In this document: in pieces, positions 1 through 9,830 of the stretch
Numbering within the stretch: the stretch's first letter is position 1
Layout: each line of letters opens with the position of its first letter
Assembly: GCA_965217865.1 (NCBI GenBank)
Contig: CBDCJO010000002.1
Coordinates: 4,384,001 to 4,448,000 of the forward strand
Reading direction: 5' to 3'
Length of the DNA stretch: 64,000 bases
From: Candidatus Latescibacterota bacterium
GTDB taxonomy: Bacteria > Latescibacterota > UBA2968 > SICM01
Made by a program: the position numbers and the translations under genes
Notes under the pieces: model-generated
The model's input: only the letters and a program-made list of their open reading frames with translations
The model's database searches: none
What the model was told of the DNA's origin: nothing

Positions 1-761
1 TGTTTGACGGCCACACCGCACCGCTCGCCGTGAGACATGAACCAGTGCAGGATGCTGGAAGCGGGGCTCATCGGATAGGCCGCATAAAGTTTGCAACCGG
101 CTGCTGTAGCGCCCAGGGCCATGGCAACGTTACCGGTGATGACGGGCATGCGGTTTCGGGAAAAGGTCCATTCGCCGTCGATCGGTTCTAGATTCTTGAG
201 GGCGTAGTCATAACCGACTCGGGCCACGCCGACATTCTGCTCGATGATCTTAGGACCCTTGTGAGCGAAGGTGTCCGACAGCATACCGGCCATGACATCA
301 AATTCGAGACGGAAGGCATGCATCAGCGCACCGAGGGCGACGATATTTTGCATAACAGGCAATAACTTGCCAAGATCTTTAGTCAGCTCTTTAAAGGGAA
401 ATGGAAGCACCCGCACCCCTTCTGGCACCAAAAACGGGTCGCAGTTCAACTTGTCGCTGTTGTGTATGATCACGCCCCCCGGCTCCACTTCACGCGCGTG
501 CCGTTCCAAGCTGTCCTGGTTGAGGGCGATCAGGGCGTTCAGATGGTCCCCGTGGTTGTGGACCTTTTTTTCGGAAATCCGGAGGCGCAGCCAGGTGTGT
601 CCGCCCCGTATGAGGGACTGGTAGCTGTTGTAGGCGTAGACGTATAATCCTAGGCGGGCAACCGAGTGGGCAAGGGTATCCCCGGTTTTTTCCAATCCAT
701 CGCCCGCCGCCCCTGCAATGCCCACAGTGATTTCCTGGTGCTGCCTGTTGGAGGTTGGCAT
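1..761 (-). CDS. 2-oxoacid:acceptor oxidoreductase subunit alpha (KorA-like), 3' part runs off the window
   Basis: Not in the ORF track. Own translation from the ATG at 761 (SD GAAAGGAG upstream) gives MPTSNRQHQEITVGIAGAAGDG...NSYQSLIRGGH...ITGNVAMALGATAAGCKLYAAYPMSPAS, the fused gamma-alpha signature. Confidence 0.92.
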   Translation of the reverse strand, partial: MPTSNRQHQEITVGIAGAAGDGLEKTGDTLAHSVARLGLYVYAYNSYQSLIRGGHTWLRLRISEKKVHNHGDHLNALIALNQDSLERHAREVEPGGVIIHNSDKLNCDPFLVPEGVRVLPFPFKELTKDLGKLLPVMQNIVALGALMHAFRLEFDVMAGMLSDTFAHKGPKIIEQNVGVARVGYDYALKNLEPIDGEWTFSRNRMPVITGNVAMALGATAAGCKLYAAYPMSPASSILHWFMSHGERCGVAVK

Positions 762-1094
762 CGATCTACTCCTTTCTAAAGATCTATTTCATTGTAAAAG
801 TAGGTTCCAAAAAAGAAATCCCCTCCGGACGGGCTTCCGGCTTGCGATCCCATCCCATCCAGCACCTCCTAATCCTCAGGGATCGGTAAGTCACCCTATT
901 ATGGGATGTGGAGTGAGGAAAAAATCACCTAATTATACCAAAATCCATGCAATGGTGCAAGCGAGTTATTCAGGGACCCTCTGTTTCCGAGATGCAGGCA
1001 AATTTTAGAGGATTTCCAATACCGTATAAGCCAATATAAAAAAGACAGATAGAAAAATATTCACAAGCAAAGATCGTCACCCGCTTCGCGGATT

Positions 1095-1135
1095 AATAAA
1101 TAGAAGGCCCCCGCTCATTGGATCGGGGGCCTTCT
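1095..1135 (-). terminator. Intrinsic terminator hairpin
   Basis: Perfect 12-bp stem AGAAGGCCCCCG (1102-1113) / CGGGGGCCTTCT (1124-1135), followed on the minus strand by ATTTATT. Confidence 0.7.
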
Positions 1136-1195
1136 GCGACCGTGGCGTTCGGAGGATCGCCACGACCCTTCGATGATTATTTTTTCACCAAAAAC

Positions 1196-1224
1196 AAGAT
1201 AATGGGGAGGTGGCCTCATGACAA
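1196..1224 (-). promoter_or_regulatory. Sigma70-like promoter TTGTCA-N17-TATCTT
   Basis: Minus-strand -35 at 1224-1219 and -10 at 1201-1196, 17-nt spacer. Confidence 0.5.
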
Positions 1225-1303
1225 GCACAATATTTTGGGCCTGTGCTTCCCCCAACCCCCTCCCCTCCGAAAGGGAAACGGGGAAGGGGGGAACCGGAAG
1301 TTC

Positions 1304-2116
1304 TTAATCCCCCAACCGGTACCTGAAGATGGTGTAGAGGATCTTGATGCCCGCCTTTAGCGTTCCGGACAACGTGCCGGTGATTTTGGAGACGCCTATC
1401 CGCCGGCGATAGCTGACAGCCACTTCCGTGGCCGGGATCCGCATCCGTGCTGCCTTGACCTGCATCTCCACGGTCCACCCAAAGGTTTTATCCCGCATTT
1501 CGACCTTTTCCAGGGCACCCCTCGTGATCGCCCGGAAAGGGCCCAGATCCGTGAACCGGACACCGAAAAGCAGGCGAATCAAGAAAGTCGCCAGGGCGTT
1601 CCCGAACCGCGCCTGGGGCAGGAGCGCACGGTGTTCTGCCGTTCCCAGGGTCCGGGAGCCGATGACCAGCTGAGCATTTCTTAAAAGTATAGGTTCGAGG
1701 AGGCGAGGCATCTCGTCCGGGTGGTCGCTGTAGTCGCCGTCGAGAAACACCAGAATATCGGGGTGATCGGCCGCAGCGATTCCGGCCAGACACGCCGAAC
1801 CGTAGCCCCGCCGCCCTTCTATGACCACGCGTGCCCCGGCCTGCTCAGCCAAGGGGGCGGTCCGGTCGGTGGATCCGTTATCGACCACGATGATCTCTGT
1901 AACAAGCCCCTCCGGGATGTCGCCCAGGACCGAGATGATGCCGTCCTGTTCGTTGAAGACCGGAATAATCACGGAGATACGAGGATGGGTCTCTGACGTG
2001 TTTTTGGGTCGAATATCAAATTCTCCTATAGGCGCGTCCACACCATCCGTTACCCGTCCCTCCTTGCGTTGATCAGAATGCCGTGGGCAACTCTCTTTAA
2101 CCGAATATCTACGCAT
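1304..2116 (-). CDS. Glycosyltransferase family 2 (DPM1-like); true start probably GTG near 2041
   Basis: ISVIIPVFNE, IIVVDNGSTD, FLDGD and DLGPFRAI motifs. Confidence 0.9.
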   Translation of the reverse strand: MRRYSVKESCPRHSDQRKEGRVTDGVDAPIGEFDIRPKNTSETHPRISVIIPVFNEQDGIISVLGDIPEGLVTEIIVVDNGSTDRTAPLAEQAGARVVIEGRRGYGSACLAGIAAADHPDILVFLDGDYSDHPDEMPRLLEPILLRNAQLVIGSRTLGTAEHRALLPQARFGNALATFLIRLLFGVRFTDLGPFRAITRGALEKVEMRDKTFGWTVEMQVKAARMRIPATEVAVSYRRRIGVSKITGTLSGTLKAGIKILYTIFRYRLGD

Positions 2117-2676
2117 CCCGCGTTTCGAAAAAAGCGCTTCAGGTCAAGGTCAGAGTAGAGGAAAAATCGAGCATCGCTGATGATGGGAAAGATAAACTTG
2201 ATGAGCCGGCCCACCGGTCCGTTGTCCCGGGTCCATAATAGGGCATACCCCCCGGGACTAAGGCTCCGGATCATCTCCTGGACAACCCGGCGGGGATCCG
2301 CGGTGTGACAGATGACCCCAAATGATGTCGCCAGGTCAAAGACCCCGGAACGGAACGGCAGGGATCCGGCGCTGGCCTGGACGTATTGAATTTCAGTGGA
2401 TTTGCAGACGCGCTTCGCCTCTGCGAGGAATTGGGACGAGAGGTCCAGGCCCAAAACCTCAGAAATAGGATATAATTCCTTAGCGATCCTTGCGGCTGCC
2501 CCGGTCCCGGTACCGATGTCGAGAATGCGTCGAACGGGGTTCGGCACCTCTTCGATGGCCTGACGGATCATCCTTCCGTAGCCCATCCGGTCGAGAAAAT
2601 AAAGCCAAAGGTGATAGAATCGAGCGCTTGAACGGGCCCATATCCGGGTCCGCGATTCCTGTTCTCGGGTTTCCAT
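2050..2676 (-). CDS. Class I SAM-dependent methyltransferase (UbiE-like)
   Basis: ILDIGTGTG motif I, GLDLS, LPFRSGVFD, LSPGG. Start taken at the ATG at 2676. Confidence 0.85.
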   Translation of the reverse strand: METREQESRTRIWARSSARFYHLWLYFLDRMGYGRMIRQAIEEVPNPVRRILDIGTGTGAAARIAKELYPISEVLGLDLSSQFLAEAKRVCKSTEIQYVQASAGSLPFRSGVFDLATSFGVICHTADPRRVVQEMIRSLSPGGYALLWTRDNGPVGRLIKFIFPIISDARFFLYSDLDLKRFFRNAGCVDIRLKRVAHGILINARRDG

Positions 2677-2974
2677 AGTTTCGAAAGTTAAAGCAATACC
2701 AAAGGCCTGGACAATAAAAAAGGCCCGGAAACGTCGAACCCTCCTTTTTCGTCTTGACTTGATCTTGTCGAGGACCCTAATTTGGCAGGTATTCTTTTGG
2801 GACTGAGTTCTCCCCGGTTTTACCTCCCCCCCAGTGTGCTGACCCCAACTTTTCCGGCACTTGAAAGCCGACCGAATTTCTCGCCTATTCATTGGATAGC
2901 TGGGTGGAATCGCCTCAATCCCAAATGATGATGAGATAAGATGATTTCGAAGGAAAATTTTTCAGGGATTATCC

Positions 2975-5900
2975 GTGGAAACACGTAACCTTGAAGTTCA
3001 CCGGGCCCGGGTCCACAACCTGCGAAATGTGAGCGTGGACCTGAAGCGCAACCGCTTGATCTGCTTCACGGGCGTGAGCGGTTCCGGAAAATCGTCCCTC
3101 GCGTTCGATACGATCTACGCGGAGGGACAGCGGCGGTACATCGAGTCTCTGTCCTCCTACGCCCGCCAGTTTTTGGGCCAGATGGAGAAGCCCGACGTCG
3201 ATGCGATTAAGGGGATCTCCCCCACGCTGTCGATCGAACAGAAGGCTGCGGGGAGGAACCCCCGATCAACGGTTGGGACGATCACTGAGATTTTCGACTA
3301 CCTCAGGGTGTTGTTTTCCAGGGTGGGTACCCCCCATTGCGTGAAGTGCGGGAAACCGATCGGGGCACAGTCCCGGGAGGGGATCGTGGAGAGGATTCTG
3401 GGTTTGGGAGAGGGGACACGGATTCACGTGATGGCCCCGATCGTTAAGAAGCGAAAGGGGGAGTACGTCGAACTGTTTCAGGAACTCCTGCGGGACGGAT
3501 ACGTCCGGGCAAGGGTTGACGGGAAACTCGTTGATCTTCCCGACACGCCAAGGTTAGGGCGATACATCAAACACGATATCGACGTGGTGGTGGATCGTCT
3601 TGTCGTGAGGCCTGATGAGCGGGTACGGGTGGCCGAGGCGGTGGACGCGGCGTTGCGGCTGGGCCAGGGCACCGTGATCGTAAGTATGGAACGGGGGGAG
3701 GGAAGAGGTGGAGAGGGGAAAAGGGACACCGGGCAGGCTCCGGCTCCGTTGCTTGCTCCGGACAAACTTGGAATGGATGGGGAGAAGGGTGGTGGGGAGT
3801 GGGATGAACTTCTCCTCAGCTGCAACTTTGCGTGCACCGAATGCGGAATCAGCGTGGAGGAACCGACGCCGCAGATGTTCTCTTTTAACAACCCGCAGGG
3901 GATGTGCCCTGAATGCAGCGGACTGGGGACAAGATTCGCCATGGACCTTTCCCTTGTCGTTCCGGACGAACGTCTCTCTCTCGTTGACGGGGCCATCACC
4001 CCGATCGGCGTACCGGCCAACAGGTGGAAACTTCATTACTATGAAGGCGTACTGAATCACTTTGGGTTCAATTGCAGGGATCCCTGGGAGAAGGTGAGCG
4101 ATGAGGCGCGCCGGTCCCTGCTTTACGGAATGGGGAACCGAAAGATCTGGTTCTCGTGGCGCAGGCGAAACGGATCGATATCTCGCCACAGGGACACATT
4201 CGAGGGGATCCTCGCGCCGCTGGAGCGGAAATATGTTGAAGGACGGTCCCATGCGATGCGAAAGGTCGGGAAATTCATGCGGACGTCACCCTGTGAGGCG
4301 TGCGAGGGTGCCCGTTTAAGGCCGGAGGCCCTGTCCGTTAAGATCGCGGGAGGATCGATCGCAGATGTCGTCAAGATGTCCGTCGAGGAGGCGCACGATT
4401 TCTTTTCATGCCTGGAATTGAATCGGACGCAGCAAATCATCGCCGAGGACGCGCTCAAGGAAATCGCAGGCCGTTTAAAGTTCCTGCTGGATGTGGGGCT
4501 GGGTTATCTGGCGCTGGATCGAACGGCCCCCACCCTTGCAGGGGGGGAGGCTCAGCGGATCCGTCTGGCCAGTCAAATCGGAAGCAGCCTGGTGGGCGTG
4601 ACCTACGTGCTGGATGAGCCGTCGATTGGACTCCACAACAGGGATAATCGCAAGCTCTTGAACGCACTGGGGGCATTGCGGGATGCCGGTAACACCGTTA
4701 TCGTGGTGGAACACGACGAAGAAACGATGAAGGAGGCGGACATGATCGTCGACTTCGGACCCGGACCGGGTCACCGGGGCGGGGAGATCACAGCCGTGGG
4801 GAACTGGGAGGAGGTGGCTTCATCCCCTGAATCGGTCACCGGTGATTATCTGGCCGGTCGGCGAAAGATCGCAATTCCGGATCGACGAAGGACGATCGAT
4901 GGGCGGTGGCTGGAGGTCTATGGAGCGCGTCAGAACAACCTGAAGGAGATCGATGTCCGAATTCCGATCGGCAGGTTGACTTGCGTCACGGGGGTCTCCG
5001 GTTCAGGAAAGAGTTCGCTCATCAACGACGTGGTCTTCGCTTCACTTGCCCGCGATCTGAACGGGGCCATGACCGAACCGGGGGCGTTCAGGGACATAAA
5101 AGGGACAGATCATCTCGATAAGGTGATCAAGATCGATCAACAGCCGATCGGACGGACCCCGCGAAGCAATCCTGCGACTTATACGGGTGTGTTTACACCG
5201 ATCCGCGAGTTGTTCGCCGAATTGCCGGAGTCAAAGGTCCGGGGATACAAGCCTGGGCGATTCAGCTTCAACGTAAAGGGGGGAAGATGCGCAGCGTGTG
5301 ATGGGTATGGGGCCAACCTGGTGGAGATGGATTTTCTCGCCGACGTCTGGGTCCAATGTCCCGTCTGCGAGGGGCAACGATTTAATCGAGAGACCCTTGA
5401 GGTCAGGTTCAAGGGGATGTCGATCGCCCAGGTCCAGGATATGGAGGTTGAAGAGGCCCTTGTCTTCTTCAAGGATATCCCGCGTATTCGGCGGATTCTC
5501 CAGACCCTCGAGGATGTTGGGATGGGATACGTGAAGTTGGGCCAGCCTGCCCCAACCCTGTCAGGAGGGGAAGCGCAGCGTGTAAAACTGGCTGCAGAAC
5601 TCTGCCGGAAAAGCACCGGAAAGACCCTTTATATACTCGATGAGCCGACAACAGGCCTCCATTTTGCGGACATTCAGAACCTTCTGAATGTCCTCCACCG
5701 ATTTGTGGATGAAGGAAATACGGTGATTGTGATCGAGCACAACATGGAAATCATCAAGACGGGGGATTGGTTGATCGACCTTGGCCCTGATGGGGGTGAT
5801 GGGGGGGGAGAGGTGGTCGCAACAGGAACACCGGAAGCGGTCAGCCGTGTGAAGGGCTCTTATACCGGAAACGTTTTGAAAGAGATCCTGAAAGGGAAGG

Positions 5901-8809
5901 CGCCCAGGGGCCGGTTGTCAGAGGCCCGGGGGAAAACGAAACGGGGAAGGGGTAAAAGGGAGAGGGGGGGCGTTCCCCCTTCCGCGCTTCCCGTTGTCCC
6001 TGATTTCCGGGAAATGGGGGAGATGACGCACATCCAGGTCGTGGGGGCCAGGGAGAACAACCTCAGGAATGTGGATGTGAAGATTCCAAGGGAGCGGATG
6101 ACCGTGGTGTCGGGGGTCAGCGGGTCGGGGAAGTCGTCTTTTGCTCTCGATACCGTATACGCGGAAGGGCAAAGACGCTATGTTGAATCGCTTTCTACGT
6201 ATGCCCGGCAGTTTCTGGGCCAGATGCAGAAGCCTAAAGTGGAACGGGTGATCGGTCTCTCCCCGGCCATAGCGATCGAACAGAAAGCGGTCAGCAAAAA
6301 CCCTCGATCCACGGTGGGGACGGTGACGGAGGTGTATGACTACTTGAGGGCCCTTCTGGCGACTGTGGGGACGCGATATTGTCCGGATTGTGACGTCAAG
6401 GTGGGGGCGCAGACGGTACAGGAGATGGTGGATCGGATCCTGGATATGCCGGGAGGGAGGCGGCTTCTGCTGCTTGCCCCACTGGCCCCGGGGAAGGGGG
6501 AGGATTACGAGACCATTCTGAATCGGATGCGTAGGAACGGGTTTGTTCGCGGCCGTCTCGATGGGAAGATGTTCGATCTGAAGAAAGAGATCGAAATCGA
6601 CCATCGACAAAATCACCGTCTGGAGATCGTCGTGGACCGGCTCTCCGTATCCCGGCGATCCGTACGACGGTTTGCGGATTCCGCGGCCATCGCGCTAGAC
6701 CTGTCGGGGGGCACTTTAATTGTGGCTTCCCCCGATGATTCCAGGGAGCTGCGGTTGAGTCAACACCTTTCGTGTCCTTCGTGCGGGCGGGGATTTGAGT
6801 CTCTCTCACCGCAACACTTTTCGTTCAATCATTACGAGGGATGGTGTCCCAACTGCGAGGGATTGGGCGTGCAGGAGGGTTTGAATCGGGGAACGGTCGT
6901 GCCGGATTCTCGAAAATCGCTTCGGGATGGGGCGGTCGCAGTCTGGGGACCTTTGAGAGGGAGGCCGCTGGGGGCGATGATATCTTCTCTGGGGAAGATC
7001 GAAGGATTTGACCTTGACACGCCGTTCAGGGATATGGATCCCAAGGCCCATCGGTGTTTGTTGCAGGGGACGGGGGACCGGTGGATAAAGGGACCTGGAG
7101 GTTTTAAATTTCGTTTCAAGGGGATCTTCCCCGCAGTGGAGGAGATCGTACGGGCTTCACGCCGGCTGCGGGAGGCAATCGGACATGAGGTTCAGGAAAT
7201 CGTCTGCCCGGAATGCGAAGGGAGCCGAATCCGACCCGAGAGCCGGGCTGTCAGACTTCAGGGCCGGACCGTTATGGATCTGTCCCGGATGCCGATCTCA
7301 GATTGCCGCATCTTTTTCGACAAGCTTAGGCTGGACCAGAGGAGACGGAAGGCAGCCGGGGAGGTTCTGAATGAAATCAAGGGTCGTCTGAGGTTCCTGG
7401 ATGATGTGGGCCTGGACTATCTGACTCTGGATCGAAGGGCCCCCACTTTATCCGGCGGAGAGTCCCAAAGGATTCGTCTGGCCGGACAAATCGGGAGTGG
7501 GCTGACGGGTGTGCTCTACGTGCTTGACGAACCGACGATAGGGCTCCATCCGAGAGATAACAGGCGCCTTTTGAAGGCACTGAAACGGCTTCGAAACCTG
7601 GGGAACACCCTTATTGTGGTTGAACACGACCGGGACACGCTGATTTCCGCCGACCACGTCCTCGATTTCGGACCGGGGGCCGGGGCCCACGGGGGATATT
7701 TGGTTGCCGAAGGGCGTCCCCGAGAACTGAACCGCGGGAATGGATCCCTGACGGGTCAATATCTCAGCGGGAAGTTGCAGATCGATGTACCGCATAAACG
7801 GCGCAAATCAAGCGGATGCCTGGAGGTTATCGGCGCCTGGCACAACAACCTGAAGGGGATCGACGTGAAGATTCCGACAGGGGTTTTCACCTGCGTGACC
7901 GGCGTCTCCGGATCGGGTAAGAGTTCACTCGTGAACGACGTCGTCCACGGAGGACTCTCCAGGGAGATCGAGGGCTCCCGGAACGCAGGAGGTACCTGCG
8001 ATGAAATCCGCGGGACGGATGCCCTGGACAAGGTCATCTCCATCGACCAGGCCCCCATCGGGCATTCGCCCCGAAGCAATCCGCTGACATATGTGGGGGG
8101 GTTCAACGGGATCAGGGACCTGTTTTCGAGGCTTCCGGAATCCCGAAAACGGGGTTATTCCCCCCGCCAGTTCAGCTTCAACGTTGGACGTGGCCGGTGC
8201 GAGTCGTGCGAGGGGATCGGGGCAAGACGGATTGAGATGCATTTTCTCCCGGACGTGTATGTGACGTGCGATGCCTGCAGGGGGAAGCGATACACCCCGG
8301 AAACCCTTGATATCCGGTATAAAGGGTTGTCGATCGCCGATGTGCTGGAACGTACGATCTCAGAGGCTCTTGAGCATTTCAGTGAGATCCCGAAAATCCG
8401 CCGGACCCTCCAGACGCTCGAGGATGTGGGCCTTGGCTATATGGCAACGGGTCAGTCCTCAAGGACGCTTTCGGGTGGAGAGGCACAACGGGTGAAACTC
8501 GCGTCGGAGCTTTCCCGGCCAAGCACCGGGAAAACGATCTACTTCCTGGACGAGCCCACGACCGGACTCCACGTCGCTGACATCAAGAATCTCTTAAAGG
8601 TCCTGAATCGGCTCGTGGATGCGGGAAATACGGTTGTTGTGATCGAACACAATATGGATGTGATCAAGACGGCGGACTGGGTGATCGACCTGGGTCCGGA
8701 GGGGGGGGAACAAGGGGGTGAGGTCGTGGGGGTCGGAACGCCCGAGGAGGTGGCGAAGGTGGACGCGTCGCATACCGGGAGGATTCTGCAGGAGGTTCTT
8801 GGGTCGTAA
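2975..8809 (+). CDS. uvrA: Excinuclease ABC subunit A, tandem-duplicated double-length form (1944 aa)
   Basis: Two complete UvrA units with four GVSGSGKS Walker A motifs, four L(S/A)GGE signatures, LDEP Walker B motifs and CxxC zinc fingers. Confidence 0.97.
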   Translation: METRNLEVHRARVHNLRNVSVDLKRNRLICFTGVSGSGKSSLAFDTIYAEGQRRYIESLSSYARQFLGQMEKPDVDAIKGISPTLSIEQKAAGRNPRSTVGTITEIFDYLRVLFSRVGTPHCVKCGKPIGAQSREGIVERILGLGEGTRIHVMAPIVKKRKGEYVELFQELLRDGYVRARVDGKLVDLPDTPRLGRYIKHDIDVVVDRLVVRPDERVRVAEAVDAALRLGQGTVIVSMERGEGRGGEGKRDTGQAPAPLLAPDKLGMDGEKGGGEWDELLLSCNFACTECGISVEEPTPQMFSFNNPQGMCPECSGLGTRFAMDLSLVVPDERLSLVDGAITPIGVPANRWKLHYYEGVLNHFGFNCRDPWEKVSDEARRSLLYGMGNRKIWFSWRRRNGSISRHRDTFEGILAPLERKYVEGRSHAMRKVGKFMRTSPCEACEGARLRPEALSVKIAGGSIADVVKMSVEEAHDFFSCLELNRTQQIIAEDALKEIAGRLKFLLDVGLGYLALDRTAPTLAGGEAQRIRLASQIGSSLVGVTYVLDEPSIGLHNRDNRKLLNALGALRDAGNTVIVVEHDEETMKEADMIVDFGPGPGHRGGEITAVGNWEEVASSPESVTGDYLAGRRKIAIPDRRRTIDGRWLEVYGARQNNLKEIDVRIPIGRLTCVTGVSGSGKSSLINDVVFASLARDLNGAMTEPGAFRDIKGTDHLDKVIKIDQQPIGRTPRSNPATYTGVFTPIRELFAELPESKVRGYKPGRFSFNVKGGRCAACDGYGANLVEMDFLADVWVQCPVCEGQRFNRETLEVRFKGMSIAQVQDMEVEEALVFFKDIPRIRRILQTLEDVGMGYVKLGQPAPTLSGGEAQRVKLAAELCRKSTGKTLYILDEPTTGLHFADIQNLLNVLHRFVDEGNTVIVIEHNMEIIKTGDWLIDLGPDGGDGGGEVVATGTPEAVSRVKGSYTGNVLKEILKGKAPRGRLSEARGKTKRGRGKRERGGVPPSALPVVPDFREMGEMTHIQVVGARENNLRNVDVKIPRERMTVVSGVSGSGKSSFALDTVYAEGQRRYVESLSTYARQFLGQMQKPKVERVIGLSPAIAIEQKAVSKNPRSTVGTVTEVYDYLRALLATVGTRYCPDCDVKVGAQTVQEMVDRILDMPGGRRLLLLAPLAPGKGEDYETILNRMRRNGFVRGRLDGKMFDLKKEIEIDHRQNHRLEIVVDRLSVSRRSVRRFADSAAIALDLSGGTLIVASPDDSRELRLSQHLSCPSCGRGFESLSPQHFSFNHYEGWCPNCEGLGVQEGLNRGTVVPDSRKSLRDGAVAVWGPLRGRPLGAMISSLGKIEGFDLDTPFRDMDPKAHRCLLQGTGDRWIKGPGGFKFRFKGIFPAVEEIVRASRRLREAIGHEVQEIVCPECEGSRIRPESRAVRLQGRTVMDLSRMPISDCRIFFDKLRLDQRRRKAAGEVLNEIKGRLRFLDDVGLDYLTLDRRAPTLSGGESQRIRLAGQIGSGLTGVLYVLDEPTIGLHPRDNRRLLKALKRLRNLGNTLIVVEHDRDTLISADHVLDFGPGAGAHGGYLVAEGRPRELNRGNGSLTGQYLSGKLQIDVPHKRRKSSGCLEVIGAWHNNLKGIDVKIPTGVFTCVTGVSGSGKSSLVNDVVHGGLSREIEGSRNAGGTCDEIRGTDALDKVISIDQAPIGHSPRSNPLTYVGGFNGIRDLFSRLPESRKRGYSPRQFSFNVGRGRCESCEGIGARRIEMHFLPDVYVTCDACRGKRYTPETLDIRYKGLSIADVLERTISEALEHFSEIPKIRRTLQTLEDVGLGYMATGQSSRTLSGGEAQRVKLASELSRPSTGKTIYFLDEPTTGLHVADIKNLLKVLNRLVDAGNTVVVIEHNMDVIKTADWVIDLGPEGGEQGGEVVGVGTPEEVAKVDASHTGRILQEVLGS

Positions 8810-8835
8810 TGGCCGGCTGAAAATTTGTTGATCCT

Positions 8836-8861
8836 GTAGGGGCGACCCTTGCGTTCCCCTA
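8836..8861. repeat. GTAG-type REP-like palindrome
   Basis: GTAGGGGCGACCCTTGCGTTCCCCTA, an imperfect palindrome between convergent genes. Confidence 0.5.
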
Positions 8862-8958
8862 TGATTTTGGTTTCTTTGTGCTTTTTTCCCGACGGCTTTT
8901 TTGCCGTCTTTTTTTTTGAGCTCTGGCTTAGATGTCAACGCCAACATCCGGACATTTT

Positions 8959-9717
8959 TTACACCCGCCCGGGCCCGCTTTCGAGGATCCGCCGCAGGAA
9001 CAGCTTTGTCCTTTCCTGACGGGGAGCCTGCAAGACTTCCTCCGGCCCCCCTTCCTCCACGATCACCCCTTCATCCATAAACAATACCCTGTGCGCCACT
9101 TCCCTTGCGAAGGACATTTCGTGGGTCACCACCACCATGGTCGTTCCCTCGGCCACGAGGGAACGCATCGCATGCAGGACCTCGCCGACCCATTCCGGGT
9201 CGAGAGATGAGGTGGGTTCGTCGAATAACATAATCTCCGGTTCCATCGCAAGGGCACGGGCGATGGCAACTCGCTGCTGCTCACCTCCCGACATCTGTTG
9301 CGGATAAGCACCCATGCGTGACCCGATGCCCACTTTCCTGAGAAGGGTTTCAGCTCGTGTCTCCGCTTCCTCAATCTGAAGGCCCATTACTCTCCTCGGA
9401 GCAAGGGTGACGTTCTGCAGGGCGGTCAAATGTGGAAAAAGGTTGAAGCGCTGGAAGACCATTCCGATTTTCCGCCTCACTTTGTTCCGATCCGTACCCG
9501 ACCGGGTGATGTCCTTCCCATCCAGGAGTACCTGTCCCGAGGTGGGCTCCTCAAGCAGGTTCAGGCAATGTAGAAAGGTGGACTTTCCACATCCGGACGG
9601 GCCCACGAGGACCACGACCTCACGTTTTGAGACCGATAGATTGATTCCCTTAAGGACGGTATGGCCCCCGAAGCTCTTATAGAGCTCCCTGGACTCGAGG
9701 ATCGGAATTTCAGGCAT
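8959..9717 (-). CDS. Polar amino acid ABC transporter ATP-binding protein (GlnQ-like)
   Basis: [36 protein letters not shown]. Confidence 0.93.
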   Translation of the reverse strand: MPEIPILESRELYKSFGGHTVLKGINLSVSKREVVVLVGPSGCGKSTFLHCLNLLEEPTSGQVLLDGKDITRSGTDRNKVRRKIGMVFQRFNLFPHLTALQNVTLAPRRVMGLQIEEAETRAETLLRKVGIGSRMGAYPQQMSGGEQQRVAIARALAMEPEIMLFDEPTSSLDPEWVGEVLHAMRSLVAEGTTMVVVTHEMSFAREVAHRVLFMDEGVIVEEGGPEEVLQAPRQERTKLFLRRILESGPGRV

Positions 9718-9724
9718 AAAAACC

Positions 9725-9830
9725 TCAGGGATCAGTAATCAGGGGTCAGGTGTCGGAAGAGCTGGTATCAGATACCGAGGATCAAGAGGTGGGGACCACC
9801 ACCTCCGACACCTGATACCGACCCCGACTC
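9725..9830. repeat. Heptamer-type short tandem repeat region with inverted arms
   Basis: Runs of TCAGGGA/TCAGTAA/TCAGGGG, plus the inverted pair CAGGTGTCGGA...TCCGACACCTG. Confidence 0.5.

Noticed and set aside
912-928. Rex/CRP-like operator GTGA...TCAC upstream of the oxidoreductase
   Set aside because: The spacing is N8 rather than N6 and the flanks do not match.
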